Under the pieces are notes generated by a model. It was not told the DNA's origin. It saw only the letters and a program-made list of their open reading frames with translations, and made no database searches. Source: Campylobacterales bacterium (GTDB lineage Bacteria > Campylobacterota > Campylobacteria > Campylobacterales > Sulfurovaceae). Taken from it: DNA of 64,000 nucleotides. The translations under genes were made by a program, and so were the position numbers. Of this stretch, positions 29,857-40,031 are shown piece after piece; the stretch's first letter is position 1, and the number at the start of each line of letters is the position of its first letter. Location of the stretch: NCBI GenBank assembly GCA_014763895.1, contig JACXUM010000003.1:13429-77428 (forward strand), written 5' to 3'.

Positions 29857-31608
29857 GTGAGAACACATTATTGTGCCCAGATCAATGAACAACACATCGG
29901 TGAGGTCATCACCGTCGCGGGTTGGGTTGCCAGCCGAAGAGACCACGGCGGGGTTATCTTTATCGACTTGCGTGACAAAGACCAAGTATTACAGCTTGTT
30001 TGCGACCCTACTGACAATACAGCTGCACACAAGGTTGCAGAAGAAGTGAGAGATCAATTCGTCTTGATCGCAACAGGACGTATCAGAGCCAGAGGCGAAG
30101 GACTTGAGAACCCTAACCTTAAAACTGGTAAAGTAGAAATGGTCGTCGATAAACTGGTGATCGAAAACCGTTCAAAACCGATGCCGTTTGAGATCGGCGA
30201 TGAAAAGGTAAATGAAGAGATCAGACTTAAACACCGTTATCTCGAACTTAGAAGCCAAAGATCTTACGATATTTTCAAACTCAGATCCAAAGCAACCATC
30301 GCAGCAAGAAATGCCCTTGATTCTCTTGGATTCTTGGAAGTTGAAACCCCTATTCTTACCAAATCAACTCCTGAAGGTGCCAGAGACTACCTCGTACCAA
30401 GCCGTGTGCACCATGGAGAGTTCTATGCATTGCCGCAGTCTCCACAGCTTTTCAAACAGCTTTTGATGGTCAGCGGATTTGACCGTTATTTCCAGATCGC
30501 AAAATGTTTCCGTGATGAGGATCTTCGTGCGGACAGACAGCCCGAATTTACTCAAATAGACGTTGAGATGAGCTTCTGTGATCAGGAAGATGTGATCAAA
30601 GTTGCAGAGACCCTTATCCATGATGTCTTTACAAAATGCGGATTTGAGATCCCTACAACGTTTAAACGTATGAGCTACAATGAAGCCATGGAAAAATACG
30701 GCTCTGACAAACCGGATATGCGTTATGATCTTGCGATGGTCGATGTGATCGACATCTTTGAAAGATGTGACAATGAAATCTTCTCCAACATTGCTAAAAC
30801 ACCTAAGAAAAACCGTATTAAGGCACTGAAAGTTCCTAACGGGGACAACATCTTCTCAAAACGCCAGATGAAAGGCTTTGAAGATTATGTGCGCAAATTT
30901 GGAGCACAGGGGCTTGGATACTTCCAGATGAAAGAAGATGGTCTCAAAGGGCCATTGATCAAATTCTTCAGCGAAGAAGATATCCAGATGATCATTGACC
31001 GTTGTGAGTTGCAAGTCGGTGATGTTGTATTCTTCGGTGCGGGCGAGAAAAAACTCGTACTTGATTATATGGGACGTTTCCGTATCTTCCTTGCCCAGAC
31101 AATGGAGATCATTCCGCAAGATACTTTCGAATTCCTTTGGGTTGTAGACTTCCCGATGTTCGAAGTGGAAGATGGAAGAGTCAAAGCGCTGCACCATCCG
31201 TTCACTCAGCCAAAAACACTCGATTATGAAGATATCGAGGATATCGAATCAATTGCCTATGATATTGTACTTAACGGTACGGAACTTGGCGGTGGATCGA
31301 TCCGTATCCATAAAGAAGCTATGCAGGCAGAGATTTTCAAACTTCTTGGCATTGGGGAAGAAGAGGCGCAAGAAAAATTCGGCTTCTTACTTGACGCACT
31401 CAAATACGGTGCTCCACCGCATGGCGGATTCGCGATCGGTCTGGACAGGCTGATCATGCTGATGGCAGGTACAGACAGTATCCGTGATGTTATCGCATTC
31501 CCGAAAACTCAAAGAGCGCAATGTCTACTCACACAAGCGCCAAGTGAAGTCGATGCAGAACAGCTCAAAGAGCTCAACATCAGAATCAGACAAACCGTTA
31601 CTCAGTAA
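29857..31608 (+). CDS. aspS: aspartate--tRNA ligase
   Basis: 583 aa, GTG start behind AGAGGA; class II motifs [29 protein letters not shown]. Confidence 0.97.
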   Translation: MRTHYCAQINEQHIGEVITVAGWVASRRDHGGVIFIDLRDKDQVLQLVCDPTDNTAAHKVAEEVRDQFVLIATGRIRARGEGLENPNLKTGKVEMVVDKLVIENRSKPMPFEIGDEKVNEEIRLKHRYLELRSQRSYDIFKLRSKATIAARNALDSLGFLEVETPILTKSTPEGARDYLVPSRVHHGEFYALPQSPQLFKQLLMVSGFDRYFQIAKCFRDEDLRADRQPEFTQIDVEMSFCDQEDVIKVAETLIHDVFTKCGFEIPTTFKRMSYNEAMEKYGSDKPDMRYDLAMVDVIDIFERCDNEIFSNIAKTPKKNRIKALKVPNGDNIFSKRQMKGFEDYVRKFGAQGLGYFQMKEDGLKGPLIKFFSEEDIQMIIDRCELQVGDVVFFGAGEKKLVLDYMGRFRIFLAQTMEIIPQDTFEFLWVVDFPMFEVEDGRVKALHHPFTQPKTLDYEDIEDIESIAYDIVLNGTELGGGSIRIHKEAMQAEIFKLLGIGEEEAQEKFGFLLDALKYGAPPHGGFAIGLDRLIMLMAGTDSIRDVIAFPKTQRAQCLLTQAPSEVDAEQLKELNIRIRQTVTQ

Positions 31609-31722
31609 AGACCAAATCGCACCAGTGCGATGAGTCGACTGCTGAAGTCAACACAGCGTTAGCGTAACTATTTGTACTTTGTTCAAATAACATCATCTCA
31701 AATTAAAAAAAAGGAAAGCACA

Positions 31723-32310
31723 GTGAAAAAACTATTTTTGATCATCGGAGCACCAGGTTCAGGGAAAACTACAGATGCAAGCATCATTGCGAAAAGACAC
31801 AGTGACAAAATCGTACACTATTCTACAGGCGATATGCTAAGAGAAGAAGTTGCCAGCGGTAGTGAGCTTGGCAAAACCATCGAGAGCTATATCTCAAAAG
31901 GTGCGTTGGTACCTTTGAATATCATCATTGACACAATCATTTCTGCGATCAACAATGCTCCGGTTAATGTTGTATTGATCGACGGTTATCCAAGAAGTAC
32001 AGAGCAGATGACTGCATTGGATGAGATACTGGCTGACAATAAAGAGATCGAACTGACATCGGTTATCGAAGTGCGTGTAAGCGAAGAAGTGGCTAAAGAG
32101 AGAATACTCGGCCGTGCCGCAGAAGCAGAAGTAGTTAGAAGTGATGACAGTGTTGAAGTATTCTATGATCGTATGAAGATCTATACTGATCCACTTGCCC
32201 AGATTCAGTCATTCTATACAGATAAAAATCTTCTACAGGTCATTGACGGCGAAAGAACACTTGAAGTTATCGTTGATGATATGGATGCTTTCATTCAAAG
32301 CAAAATCTAA
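31723..32310 (+). CDS. adk: adenylate kinase
   Basis: Trimmed to GTG 31723 behind AAGGAAAG; P-loop GAPGSGKTT; short-lid form. Confidence 0.92.
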   Translation: MKKLFLIIGAPGSGKTTDASIIAKRHSDKIVHYSTGDMLREEVASGSELGKTIESYISKGALVPLNIIIDTIISAINNAPVNVVLIDGYPRSTEQMTALDEILADNKEIELTSVIEVRVSEEVAKERILGRAAEAEVVRSDDSVEVFYDRMKIYTDPLAQIQSFYTDKNLLQVIDGERTLEVIVDDMDAFIQSKI

Positions 32311-32323
32311 TCTTTCATTCTCT

Positions 32324-32352
32324 TACCAGGCAAGCCTTTGTCTGGTATTTTT
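32324..32352 (+). terminator. rho-independent terminator of adk
   Basis: TACCAG-N12-CTGGTA followed by TTTTT. Confidence 0.6.
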
Positions 32353-32501
32353 CTTGATTTATAATAAGCTTCTCTCTAAATCCAAATCACTAATTTGAAA
32401 AGTAATTTCCAAATATAAATTTATTAAATCAATAGATTTACTTGACTTTTATATATCATTGCAATATACTTCTTCATAACTAAATCAAATCAAGGATTAT
32501 T

Positions 32502-33752
32502 ATGGATAAAAAATTATTGGATTTTGGAAGAATTGGTATCACGCTTTCTTTTTTTGCTTCTACCCTGCTTTATGCAACAAATGGAGATAATCTTATCGGT
32601 GTAGGTACCAAAGCAAGAGGTATGGGGGGTGCCGGGATCGCCGTGCATCATGGCGCAGAATCTATCCTGCAGAACCCTGCCCTTATCACAGATGTAGAAA
32701 ATACCGAAGTATCTTTTGGCGGAACCATTTTCATGCCTGATATAAAAACCCAACTCAATACCAATCCACAAGCTCCGTTACCATTACAAAATAAACTGAC
32801 AAGTGATGCAGATTTCAATATCATTCCTGAAGTTTCACTTGCACAAAAAATCAATAAAAATTTCTATATCGGTGTCGGCATGTGGGGTACTGCAGGTATG
32901 GGTGTGGACTATAGCCAGGGCGAGGGGATAAGAAACACTATTTCAGTAGGACAATTTTCAAACTTTGACATGGTGACCAATTTACAGCTTATGCAATTTG
33001 CTGTGCCAATAGCATACAAAGCAAACGGTTTGAGTGTCGCTATTGCCCCTATTCTTCAATATGGTAATTTGGATATCAATTATGCCATGCCTATAGATCA
33101 ACAAGGTACTATCAATTCTTTCGGTGCCGGACTTGCCCAGGATCTTGGTTTTGGATGCAGTATCGGGCTTATCTATGATTTTTCAAATGGTCTAAGTGCA
33201 GGTGCTGTTTATAAATCTAAAATTGATATCGAATATACCAATCAGCTAACAACAGCAACTGTGCCATTTGGTATCATTTTATCCGAAGGTGACCATCTTC
33301 AACAGCCTGCCGAGCTTGGCATAGGTCTTGCATACACGATGGGTCAACATACCTTTGCTGTTGATTACAAGAATATAAAATGGTCTGATTCCAAAGGTTA
33401 TCAGGATTTTGGATGGGTAGATCAACATGTGATGGCATTCGGTTATGAATTTTCCCAGGATAATTGGACATTAAGAGCTGGATATAATCATGGATCAAGC
33501 CCAGTAAAGGAAACTGCGAATCCTGCCATTAATATGTTTAACCTTTTAGGTTTTCCTGCTACTGCCAAACAACATTATACAATCGGTGGCACCTACGAGA
33601 TCACTCATCAATTGTCGATCGATCTGGCATATGTTTATTCGCCGACTGCCACTAAAACATTTGATGTCAGCCAACTGGGAATGGGAATCGATACAGTTAC
33701 AACAGACCACTTAGAATCGAGTGCATCTTTCCAACTGACCTATAGATTCTAA
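32502..33752 (+). CDS. outer-membrane transport protein (OMPP1/FadL/TodX family)
   Basis: 416 aa; signal peptide, N-terminal GMGGAGIA...NPALI hatch region, C-terminal QLTYRF. Confidence 0.8.
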   Translation: MDKKLLDFGRIGITLSFFASTLLYATNGDNLIGVGTKARGMGGAGIAVHHGAESILQNPALITDVENTEVSFGGTIFMPDIKTQLNTNPQAPLPLQNKLTSDADFNIIPEVSLAQKINKNFYIGVGMWGTAGMGVDYSQGEGIRNTISVGQFSNFDMVTNLQLMQFAVPIAYKANGLSVAIAPILQYGNLDINYAMPIDQQGTINSFGAGLAQDLGFGCSIGLIYDFSNGLSAGAVYKSKIDIEYTNQLTTATVPFGIILSEGDHLQQPAELGIGLAYTMGQHTFAVDYKNIKWSDSKGYQDFGWVDQHVMAFGYEFSQDNWTLRAGYNHGSSPVKETANPAINMFNLLGFPATAKQHYTIGGTYEITHQLSIDLAYVYSPTATKTFDVSQLGMGIDTVTTDHLESSASFQLTYRF

Positions 33753-33782
33753 TCCATCTTTCATTATCATAGCATTTTTCGA

Positions 33783-34082
33783 TCAACCACGATCGGAAAA
33801 TGACACTATTTTTTTCAATTCTTTGATCTCCTCTTTAAGCTGCAATATCTCTGCCTTTAAACGCTCATTCTCTTTTCTCAAACTATAGGGTTCTGTTGTA
33901 TCTGATACCTGGGACTCTTTGATGTTTATCGTATTCTCGTTTTTTACAATGATAAAGATGATGTCTTTGCCATTTTCATTAACCGTCTGCGTCTCCAATT
34001 CTCCGGAACGTGTCATTTTCACAACATTAAAAATACTCAATTTATGTTTTTGCGCATACTCTTTGATGGTCATTTTTTGCAT
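33783..34082 (-). CDS. small HTH DNA-binding protein with C-terminal coiled coil
   Basis: 99 aa; MTIKEYAQKHKLSIFNVVKMTRSG helix-turn-helix; ERLKAEILQLKEEIKELKK zipper. Confidence 0.5.
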   Translation of the reverse strand: MQKMTIKEYAQKHKLSIFNVVKMTRSGELETQTVNENGKDIIFIIVKNENTINIKESQVSDTTEPYSLRKENERLKAEILQLKEEIKELKKIVSFSDRG

Positions 34083-34177
34083 AATCTTCCTCTATTACTC
34101 CAAATTGCCGCATTATACACAATTGATTCACCTTTATTCGTTATAATAAATAAAATTATCGATAGAAAGGTTTGAAC

Positions 34178-34732
34178 ATGTTAGTCAATAAAAGCAAATG
34201 GTTAAGTGTTATCATCGCATTATTTATCGGTGTGACGAGTTATGCCGGTGCAGAATCTGCAGCAGTGCTCGATGCAAAGGCCAATGAAGCGATCAAACAA
34301 TTCTCACGCCAGGTAAAAGGCGGGGCTGAATTTTTGAAAAAAGTAAAAGGCTATTTGGTATTTCCGGGTGTTGTCAAAGGCGGGTTTGTCGTCGGTGCAG
34401 AGTATGGAGAAGGCGTATTGCGCGTGAACGGAAGAACAAAAAACTACTACAGTATCGCTTCAGGGTCTGTAGGTTTTCAGTTGGGAGTTCAAAAAACATC
34501 TTATATCATCGCTTTTGTTTCTGAAGGCGCTTTGAGAAATTTTATGAAAAGCGATGGATGGGAAGCCGGTGTAGACGGATCGATCACCATAGCAGACTGG
34601 GGTAAAGGCAAAGACATCAGCTCAATCAGTTATGAAAAACCGATCATCGGTTTTGTCTTTGATGCCAAAGGTTTGATGTACAATCTTACCCTTGAAGGAA
34701 CAAAATTTACAAGAATTATCCCTCCAAAATAA
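34178..34732 (+). CDS. SYLF (Ysc84-like) lipid-binding domain protein, secreted
   Basis: Trimmed to ATG 34178; signal peptide; G-rich repeats GGFVVGAEYGEGVL / GSVGFQLG / VDGSI typical of COG2930 (recalled). Confidence 0.6.
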   Translation: MLVNKSKWLSVIIALFIGVTSYAGAESAAVLDAKANEAIKQFSRQVKGGAEFLKKVKGYLVFPGVVKGGFVVGAEYGEGVLRVNGRTKNYYSIASGSVGFQLGVQKTSYIIAFVSEGALRNFMKSDGWEAGVDGSITIADWGKGKDISSISYEKPIIGFVFDAKGLMYNLTLEGTKFTRIIPPK

Positions 34733-35608
34733 TTATTGAGGGGTAAATCTTTCTTTATAACTGCATTTTTGGCACAACTCTTCCACAGCAAATCCATTTC
34801 TGAATCCTTCGATGATAGCTGTGGTTCGGGGAGCTTTAAAAATTTCTTGCAGACTGTCGTGATGCAAATCGCCCAGTGTCATAACACCATCACAATCCAA
34901 ACAGCAAGGTATAACCTTTCCGCTTGCCAATACAGCGATATGTGACTGTAACCCCTGACATGACCCATGGCCGTATATTTGGTTGTTCAATGAAGGCCAT
35001 TCAAAATAATTATCAAAATGCAGCCGTATCTTATCTTCCAAACGAATCGTTTTTGGATGTTCTTTATAGATCTCATTCAAATCCAAATCGATATTAAAAT
35101 ATTTTGAGAAGGTATCAAAAAGCTTTTGGTTAAAAGCGCGTTCGCTCATCATCTCATCCAGGTTCCATACTCTGAGATTGATAAAGAGCTCTTCTTTACG
35201 ATCCAGCTTTGCCTGACATAAATTTAAAATAGGCTCTAAGTATTGTTCAAATGTCCAGGCAGTATCGTTTTTGTTAAAACTGTTCAAAGAAATATTGATC
35301 TGCTTGACTGAGGGATGGAAAAGGGTATCATAGGAATGCTTTTTCAAAAAATAACCGCTTGTGGTCAACATTGCTTTCATACCATGCGTATGGATAATAT
35401 CCAGATAATCTTGCAGATTTGATAACGTCAATGGATCTCCTACCACATGACAGGCGACCTCTTTGGTATAGGTTTTTGCCTGGGTTATAACGGATTCAAA
35501 AAAAGGAAGATCCATTTGCAAAGAAGGCAGACTTTTTGTGGGACAGAAACTGCACTGGAGGCCACATACATTGGTGATTTCTATATAGATACGATGAAAT
35601 TTCATCAA
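34733..35608 (-). CDS. radical SAM protein with SPASM/twitch-like C-terminal Cys cluster
   Basis: CGLQCSFC (CX3CX2C) at residues 15-22; C-terminal CX12GX4C-CX2C...CX2C. Confidence 0.85.
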   Translation of the reverse strand: MMKFHRIYIEITNVCGLQCSFCPTKSLPSLQMDLPFFESVITQAKTYTKEVACHVVGDPLTLSNLQDYLDIIHTHGMKAMLTTSGYFLKKHSYDTLFHPSVKQINISLNSFNKNDTAWTFEQYLEPILNLCQAKLDRKEELFINLRVWNLDEMMSERAFNQKLFDTFSKYFNIDLDLNEIYKEHPKTIRLEDKIRLHFDNYFEWPSLNNQIYGHGSCQGLQSHIAVLASGKVIPCCLDCDGVMTLGDLHHDSLQEIFKAPRTTAIIEGFRNGFAVEELCQKCSYKERFTPQ

Positions 35609-35611
35609 AAC

Positions 35612-36706
35612 CTATTTCATGCAGGCAGAGAGTTCTATGATGTTCTGTGCGCGCCCTATGCATGACATACGAGATTCCAGGTCAAATATCTCGTCATCCA
35701 GCTTTTTTCCATACGCATGTGTCTGATTGTCATCCCAAAAATTCGCATAGCTTGTCTGCATTCCCAACTCTTTTTTGATCGCTTCGGATTCATCCAAACA
35801 TGCGTTTGCCTCCTCTGCATGTTCTGCACGCTCTATACACTCCCTGCTCTTTTTCAAGGCGCCAAGCAATTCGGGCAACCGTTTTTTCTGATGTTCAAAA
35901 ATGCTTTGGGCAAATTGATTGATAAACTCTGTTTTAACTTTATCCATACTTTCATTGGTTTCATTGGTCTCATTGGAATCAACCATGCCAAAGTTTTGTC
36001 CCCGTGAAATATCTTTTAATATTTCAAATATCTTTTTGGATTTCTCTTTATTTTTGGTTTTAACACTATTTTTGATCAGGCCAAACTCTTCTACAGGGAA
36101 ATCCGGCATACTGCACTCTTCTTCAGAGGCATTAATGTCAAGTTTTACTTCTAACGCTTTCTTGGAATATCTGATCCCGTATAAATCAATCTCGATCAAC
36201 AGGGGCATCCCCTTATATAGACATTTTTTTATGCCAGGTCCTTCCCATACTTCACATTTCAAACCGGTAATGTTCATATCTCCGGTTTGTTTTAGTCCAT
36301 CTTTAGTATTTTCTCCAAATACAATATTTCTATCACTGGTTTTGCGTTCAAGAACTTTCTGTGTTTTGTAATCTGCATTTTGTGTAATATCCTGTTCCTG
36401 CTTGATCAGTCTTTGAAAGACCTGTCTATCCTTGAGGGCACCTTGAATACTGATCTCTCCTTTTTCTTCAAGCAATACAACATCTCCCCATTCCTTAAAG
36501 CGAAGACGCCCTTCTCCCGCAATACTCAGATTTGTCTCAGATGTCAGCGGACTTTCTCCGCTTATTTCATAAATAACTTCACCCGATTGGATCTCATAGA
36601 CTTTACAGATTTTTTCATTTTCTGCATATAGAACTGTGACAATAGATATAGAAATAAACAAAAAGATGTTTTTAAAGAGATGTGATAATGGCATAAAATT
36701 CCTCAT
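35612..36706 (-). CDS. secreted hypothetical protein (364 aa)
   Basis: Signal peptide ...IVTVLYA; Lys/Glu-rich; NETNETNES repeat; Cys-containing helical C-terminus; 3-nt gap to the radical SAM gene. Confidence 0.6.
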   Translation of the reverse strand: MRNFMPLSHLFKNIFLFISISIVTVLYAENEKICKVYEIQSGEVIYEISGESPLTSETNLSIAGEGRLRFKEWGDVVLLEEKGEISIQGALKDRQVFQRLIKQEQDITQNADYKTQKVLERKTSDRNIVFGENTKDGLKQTGDMNITGLKCEVWEGPGIKKCLYKGMPLLIEIDLYGIRYSKKALEVKLDINASEEECSMPDFPVEEFGLIKNSVKTKNKEKSKKIFEILKDISRGQNFGMVDSNETNETNESMDKVKTEFINQFAQSIFEHQKKRLPELLGALKKSRECIERAEHAEEANACLDESEAIKKELGMQTSYANFWDDNQTHAYGKKLDDEIFDLESRMSCIGRAQNIIELSACMK

Positions 36707-36880
36707 TGTGAGTACATATGGCCGTTATTGTAGCATAAGTAGGAAAATAGTCAAAAAGCAGATTAATTCCCAGTCAAAGCTGTCAGCTCAAACCTTCTTC
36801 ATTATTTTCTGAAATATATGAAAACTTCAATTATCTATTGCCCTAAAACGATCTATTTCTTGAAAAATTGTACAATCAAT

Positions 36881-39256
36881 CTATTTGCGAATCAATCCCT
36901 GTTTTGCTATCAACACCATCATGGAAGAAGACAAAAGAAGATTTGCAAAAAATGCAATAATAACGATACAGCTGATGAGTATTTTGGAATGAGGTGCATA
37001 AAGATATAATCCAAATAAAAGCACTATTGTATTGAGTAACAATGCCGGTAGAGTCATGAAAAACGACTCTTTTAAAGCATCTTCAGCCTCTTCTTTGACA
37101 AGATACAATCGCCTGAAACCATACATTGTATGTATCATACCTTCGATACAAAAAGCTACGACGATCAGTCCTCCAAATAGAGTATTCATGTCAAGCGGTA
37201 TATGAAACAGTGCGATCATGAATGTTCCAAAGAGTATTGGTATCATTATCGGTATCATACTGTATATTCCGGGACGTATACGTCCCATGATAAATAACAT
37301 GAACGGTGTCAACATGATAAATACGTTCATAAAACGATTAATCTCAATAGTCACCGAATGTTCCGGAGCATTTGTATGCAAAGTTACCTTACCGGTCATA
37401 TAAACCCTATCATGGGGAAATGCCGCTTTTGTCTTTTTTTCAAGATCATTAAGCAGATTTGGCAAATCTCTTTGCGGTAAAACTATGGTGATCCTTGCAT
37501 TACTAAACAAAGTATCAACCACATTTTCAAGATCGTCACTGCCTGAATTTGCAAATCGCAGCAACTCTTCTTGAATCATCTTTGCATCATCTGGAACAGC
37601 ATAAGAACTTTCATTATTTTCATTTAAAGCATGATTGATTTCCTTAACGATCGTAGCCAATGAAACCACTTTACCTATCTGAGCTTCCGGATCGATACGG
37701 CTTTCTACATAGGCAGAAAACCGATCAAGCATCTTTAGCCTAACAGGATCCATCCAGCCATTTTCTTTTCCTGTGTCCACAATCAATTCGACACTGACAA
37801 TGGAATCCTTTTCATCATCACTATCTTTTTGTGAAAGATGTTGACTTTGTCCGCTTTTAACACTTTGAACCATTTCATGGGAAAGCATCATTTTAATGGA
37901 AGCCATCAATGACAACAGGGTCAATATCACACTAACCATAATAATTTTTCTATAATGTTTCATAGAAAAAGCGGTAAATAGCTCTGAAAAACGATTAACT
38001 ATTAAAAAGTTGTGCTCCATTTTTGGCTTAAACGAGGTTACCATCAAAAGTGAAGGCATCAACATCACATTCAACAGCATTGAAACAAGCACACCGATGG
38101 AAACAAAAGCAGCGAAATCCAAGATTTGTTTGATATCCGAATTCATAAGAGAGCCCATACTGGCGGCGATCAAGATATCACTTATCACAATCGGAACGCC
38201 TGTATATTTCAATGCAACAATGACTGATTCCCTTGCATCACCGTTTATTTTGAAATGATTGAAGAAAACCAAAAGGAGATACATGGATGCTCCCAAACTC
38301 ACAACCGTGAGCATCAGCAGTTTAATTGGGAGAAATAGAGTGACATCGATGCCGCTCCATGCCATTATGCCTACGGTAGCCGTCAAAGAGAGAAATAAAA
38401 CCGTCAAAGAATATGCTACGGTCGTAATCCTCTTGAAAAATAACAGAAAAACAATAGATGCCGCTCCTAATAGAAATAAAAAAGGAATCAATGTACCTAC
38501 TCTATCATATTTAGATTCGGAAACCATCAAACTGTTCATCTCGAAAGAAGCTACGATAGCTATTTCCATTCCCTGCTGTTTATATCTATCAACGATCATC
38601 TTGACAGCATCCATAATCTGTGTTTTTTCATTTTCAGTAAGAAATGATCTGTTCTTTTGTGCAATCTGCTCGTCAGCAAATCCTTTTTTTGATCCATTCT
38701 GATCAACCGTTTTTCTTTTGACTTGCGAATAGACATCCGGCTTGATAAACACGGTTGTCATATTTCCCTCTGCACTGATCAGAAACTTTTGATAAAAAGG
38801 CGACGAGACGGCCTGTTCTCTTATCCTCTTAATCTCCTCTTGGGTTTGAGGAAAAGGCATTAGCAGATCATCGGTTATCAGATGATTTCGTTCTTCTCTG
38901 GTATTTCGTATATTGTAAAGCGATACAACATCCTCGATAAAAGGCACCGTCGTTTCAATGCTGACATGAAGATCTCTTAATTGTTTCAAAAAATCCAATG
39001 AAAAAATTTTATCGCTTTTGATCGCCAATACCACAGATTCATCATTTCCAAACTCTTCTTTAAAAGCTTGATACTGAACAAGTCTTTCATTATGATGACT
39101 ACCTGCTGCTTGTTGTCTGGAAATATCAAATACGTTATGAGTGATATGGGAAAGAGGGAAAGAGAGCAAAATCAATACAAACAAAATGATTTTAAAAGGA
39201 TGGCGAGTGACAAACACCCCTAATCTTTCCATTAAAAACTCTAATTTTTTATACAT
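36881..39256 (-). CDS. MMPL/RND-superfamily transporter
   Basis: 791 aa; two blocks of about 5-6 TM helices, each preceded by a large soluble loop (RND/MMPL topology). Confidence 0.75.
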   Translation of the reverse strand: MYKKLEFLMERLGVFVTRHPFKIILFVLILLSFPLSHITHNVFDISRQQAAGSHHNERLVQYQAFKEEFGNDESVVLAIKSDKIFSLDFLKQLRDLHVSIETTVPFIEDVVSLYNIRNTREERNHLITDDLLMPFPQTQEEIKRIREQAVSSPFYQKFLISAEGNMTTVFIKPDVYSQVKRKTVDQNGSKKGFADEQIAQKNRSFLTENEKTQIMDAVKMIVDRYKQQGMEIAIVASFEMNSLMVSESKYDRVGTLIPFLFLLGAASIVFLLFFKRITTVAYSLTVLFLSLTATVGIMAWSGIDVTLFLPIKLLMLTVVSLGASMYLLLVFFNHFKINGDARESVIVALKYTGVPIVISDILIAASMGSLMNSDIKQILDFAAFVSIGVLVSMLLNVMLMPSLLMVTSFKPKMEHNFLIVNRFSELFTAFSMKHYRKIIMVSVILTLLSLMASIKMMLSHEMVQSVKSGQSQHLSQKDSDDEKDSIVSVELIVDTGKENGWMDPVRLKMLDRFSAYVESRIDPEAQIGKVVSLATIVKEINHALNENNESSYAVPDDAKMIQEELLRFANSGSDDLENVVDTLFSNARITIVLPQRDLPNLLNDLEKKTKAAFPHDRVYMTGKVTLHTNAPEHSVTIEINRFMNVFIMLTPFMLFIMGRIRPGIYSMIPIMIPILFGTFMIALFHIPLDMNTLFGGLIVVAFCIEGMIHTMYGFRRLYLVKEEAEDALKESFFMTLPALLLNTIVLLFGLYLYAPHSKILISCIVIIAFFANLLLSSSMMVLIAKQGLIRK

Positions 39257-39461
39257 TGTTTTCCTAGTTCAAATAATAAATTCTTTTTTCATTCTTCTTC
39301 AACAATTTTCTTTTATCAAAATCAACGGATGCCGCCTCATTGGCATCTTTATAACTATTCTTTCTTCAATTCTCTTGTTGAATCCACTATTTTATAAATT
39401 TTCAAATAAATTTGGGTTGCTCTAAAGGGATCTTTATGTATCTATTTCCGGTGTGTTGCCA

Positions 39462-40031
39462 TTAAAATTTATATAGGCCTTTGGCAAGATCATCTTCCAG
39501 TTTGCCAAATGCCCTATCCATTGCATCTACGATACTCTTGCTATCCTGTTTGGTTGGTACGGCAACCGTAAACAACCTTGCACTACTTTTATGCGTATAC
39601 ATGTTTTCTATACGCCAATTGGCATCAAGATAGACTTGATCCCCAAAAGCAATGTAGCGTGTAATCTGTACACTGATCTTGATATCAGGCTGTTTATCCA
39701 AGCCCCAAGGATAAGCATAGACCTGAGGCTGGTTGAATTTTTTCTGTACAAAACCGATCAATCTGTGGGTCAATCCTTCATCCATATCTTCAGCCCACTC
39801 GGCATTATTGAAGAAACTCACTTCACTGTTCGATCTGGCTATTGCGATCTCCCGTTTAAAGAGGTATTTTGGAACACTGACCTTTTCTATCCCGATCATT
39901 TGTAGATTTTTGGCATAGGTTGTTTTTGGCGTAGATATGTTTGAAAGAATGTAATAATTACTTGCACCGCATCCTCCAAAAAACCATACTGCGGTAACAG
40001 CAAAAATTGTATTGATGAGCTTCCTGTTCAT
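39462..40031 (-). CDS. pqiC: PqiC-like ABC-type transport auxiliary lipoprotein (DUF330)
   Basis: Lipobox FFGGCGAS; 1-nt overlap with the MCE gene upstream; pqiABC synteny. Confidence 0.7.
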   Translation of the reverse strand: MNRKLINTIFAVTAVWFFGGCGASNYYILSNISTPKTTYAKNLQMIGIEKVSVPKYLFKREIAIARSNSEVSFFNNAEWAEDMDEGLTHRLIGFVQKKFNQPQVYAYPWGLDKQPDIKISVQITRYIAFGDQVYLDANWRIENMYTHKSSARLFTVAVPTKQDSKSIVDAMDRAFGKLEDDLAKGLYKF

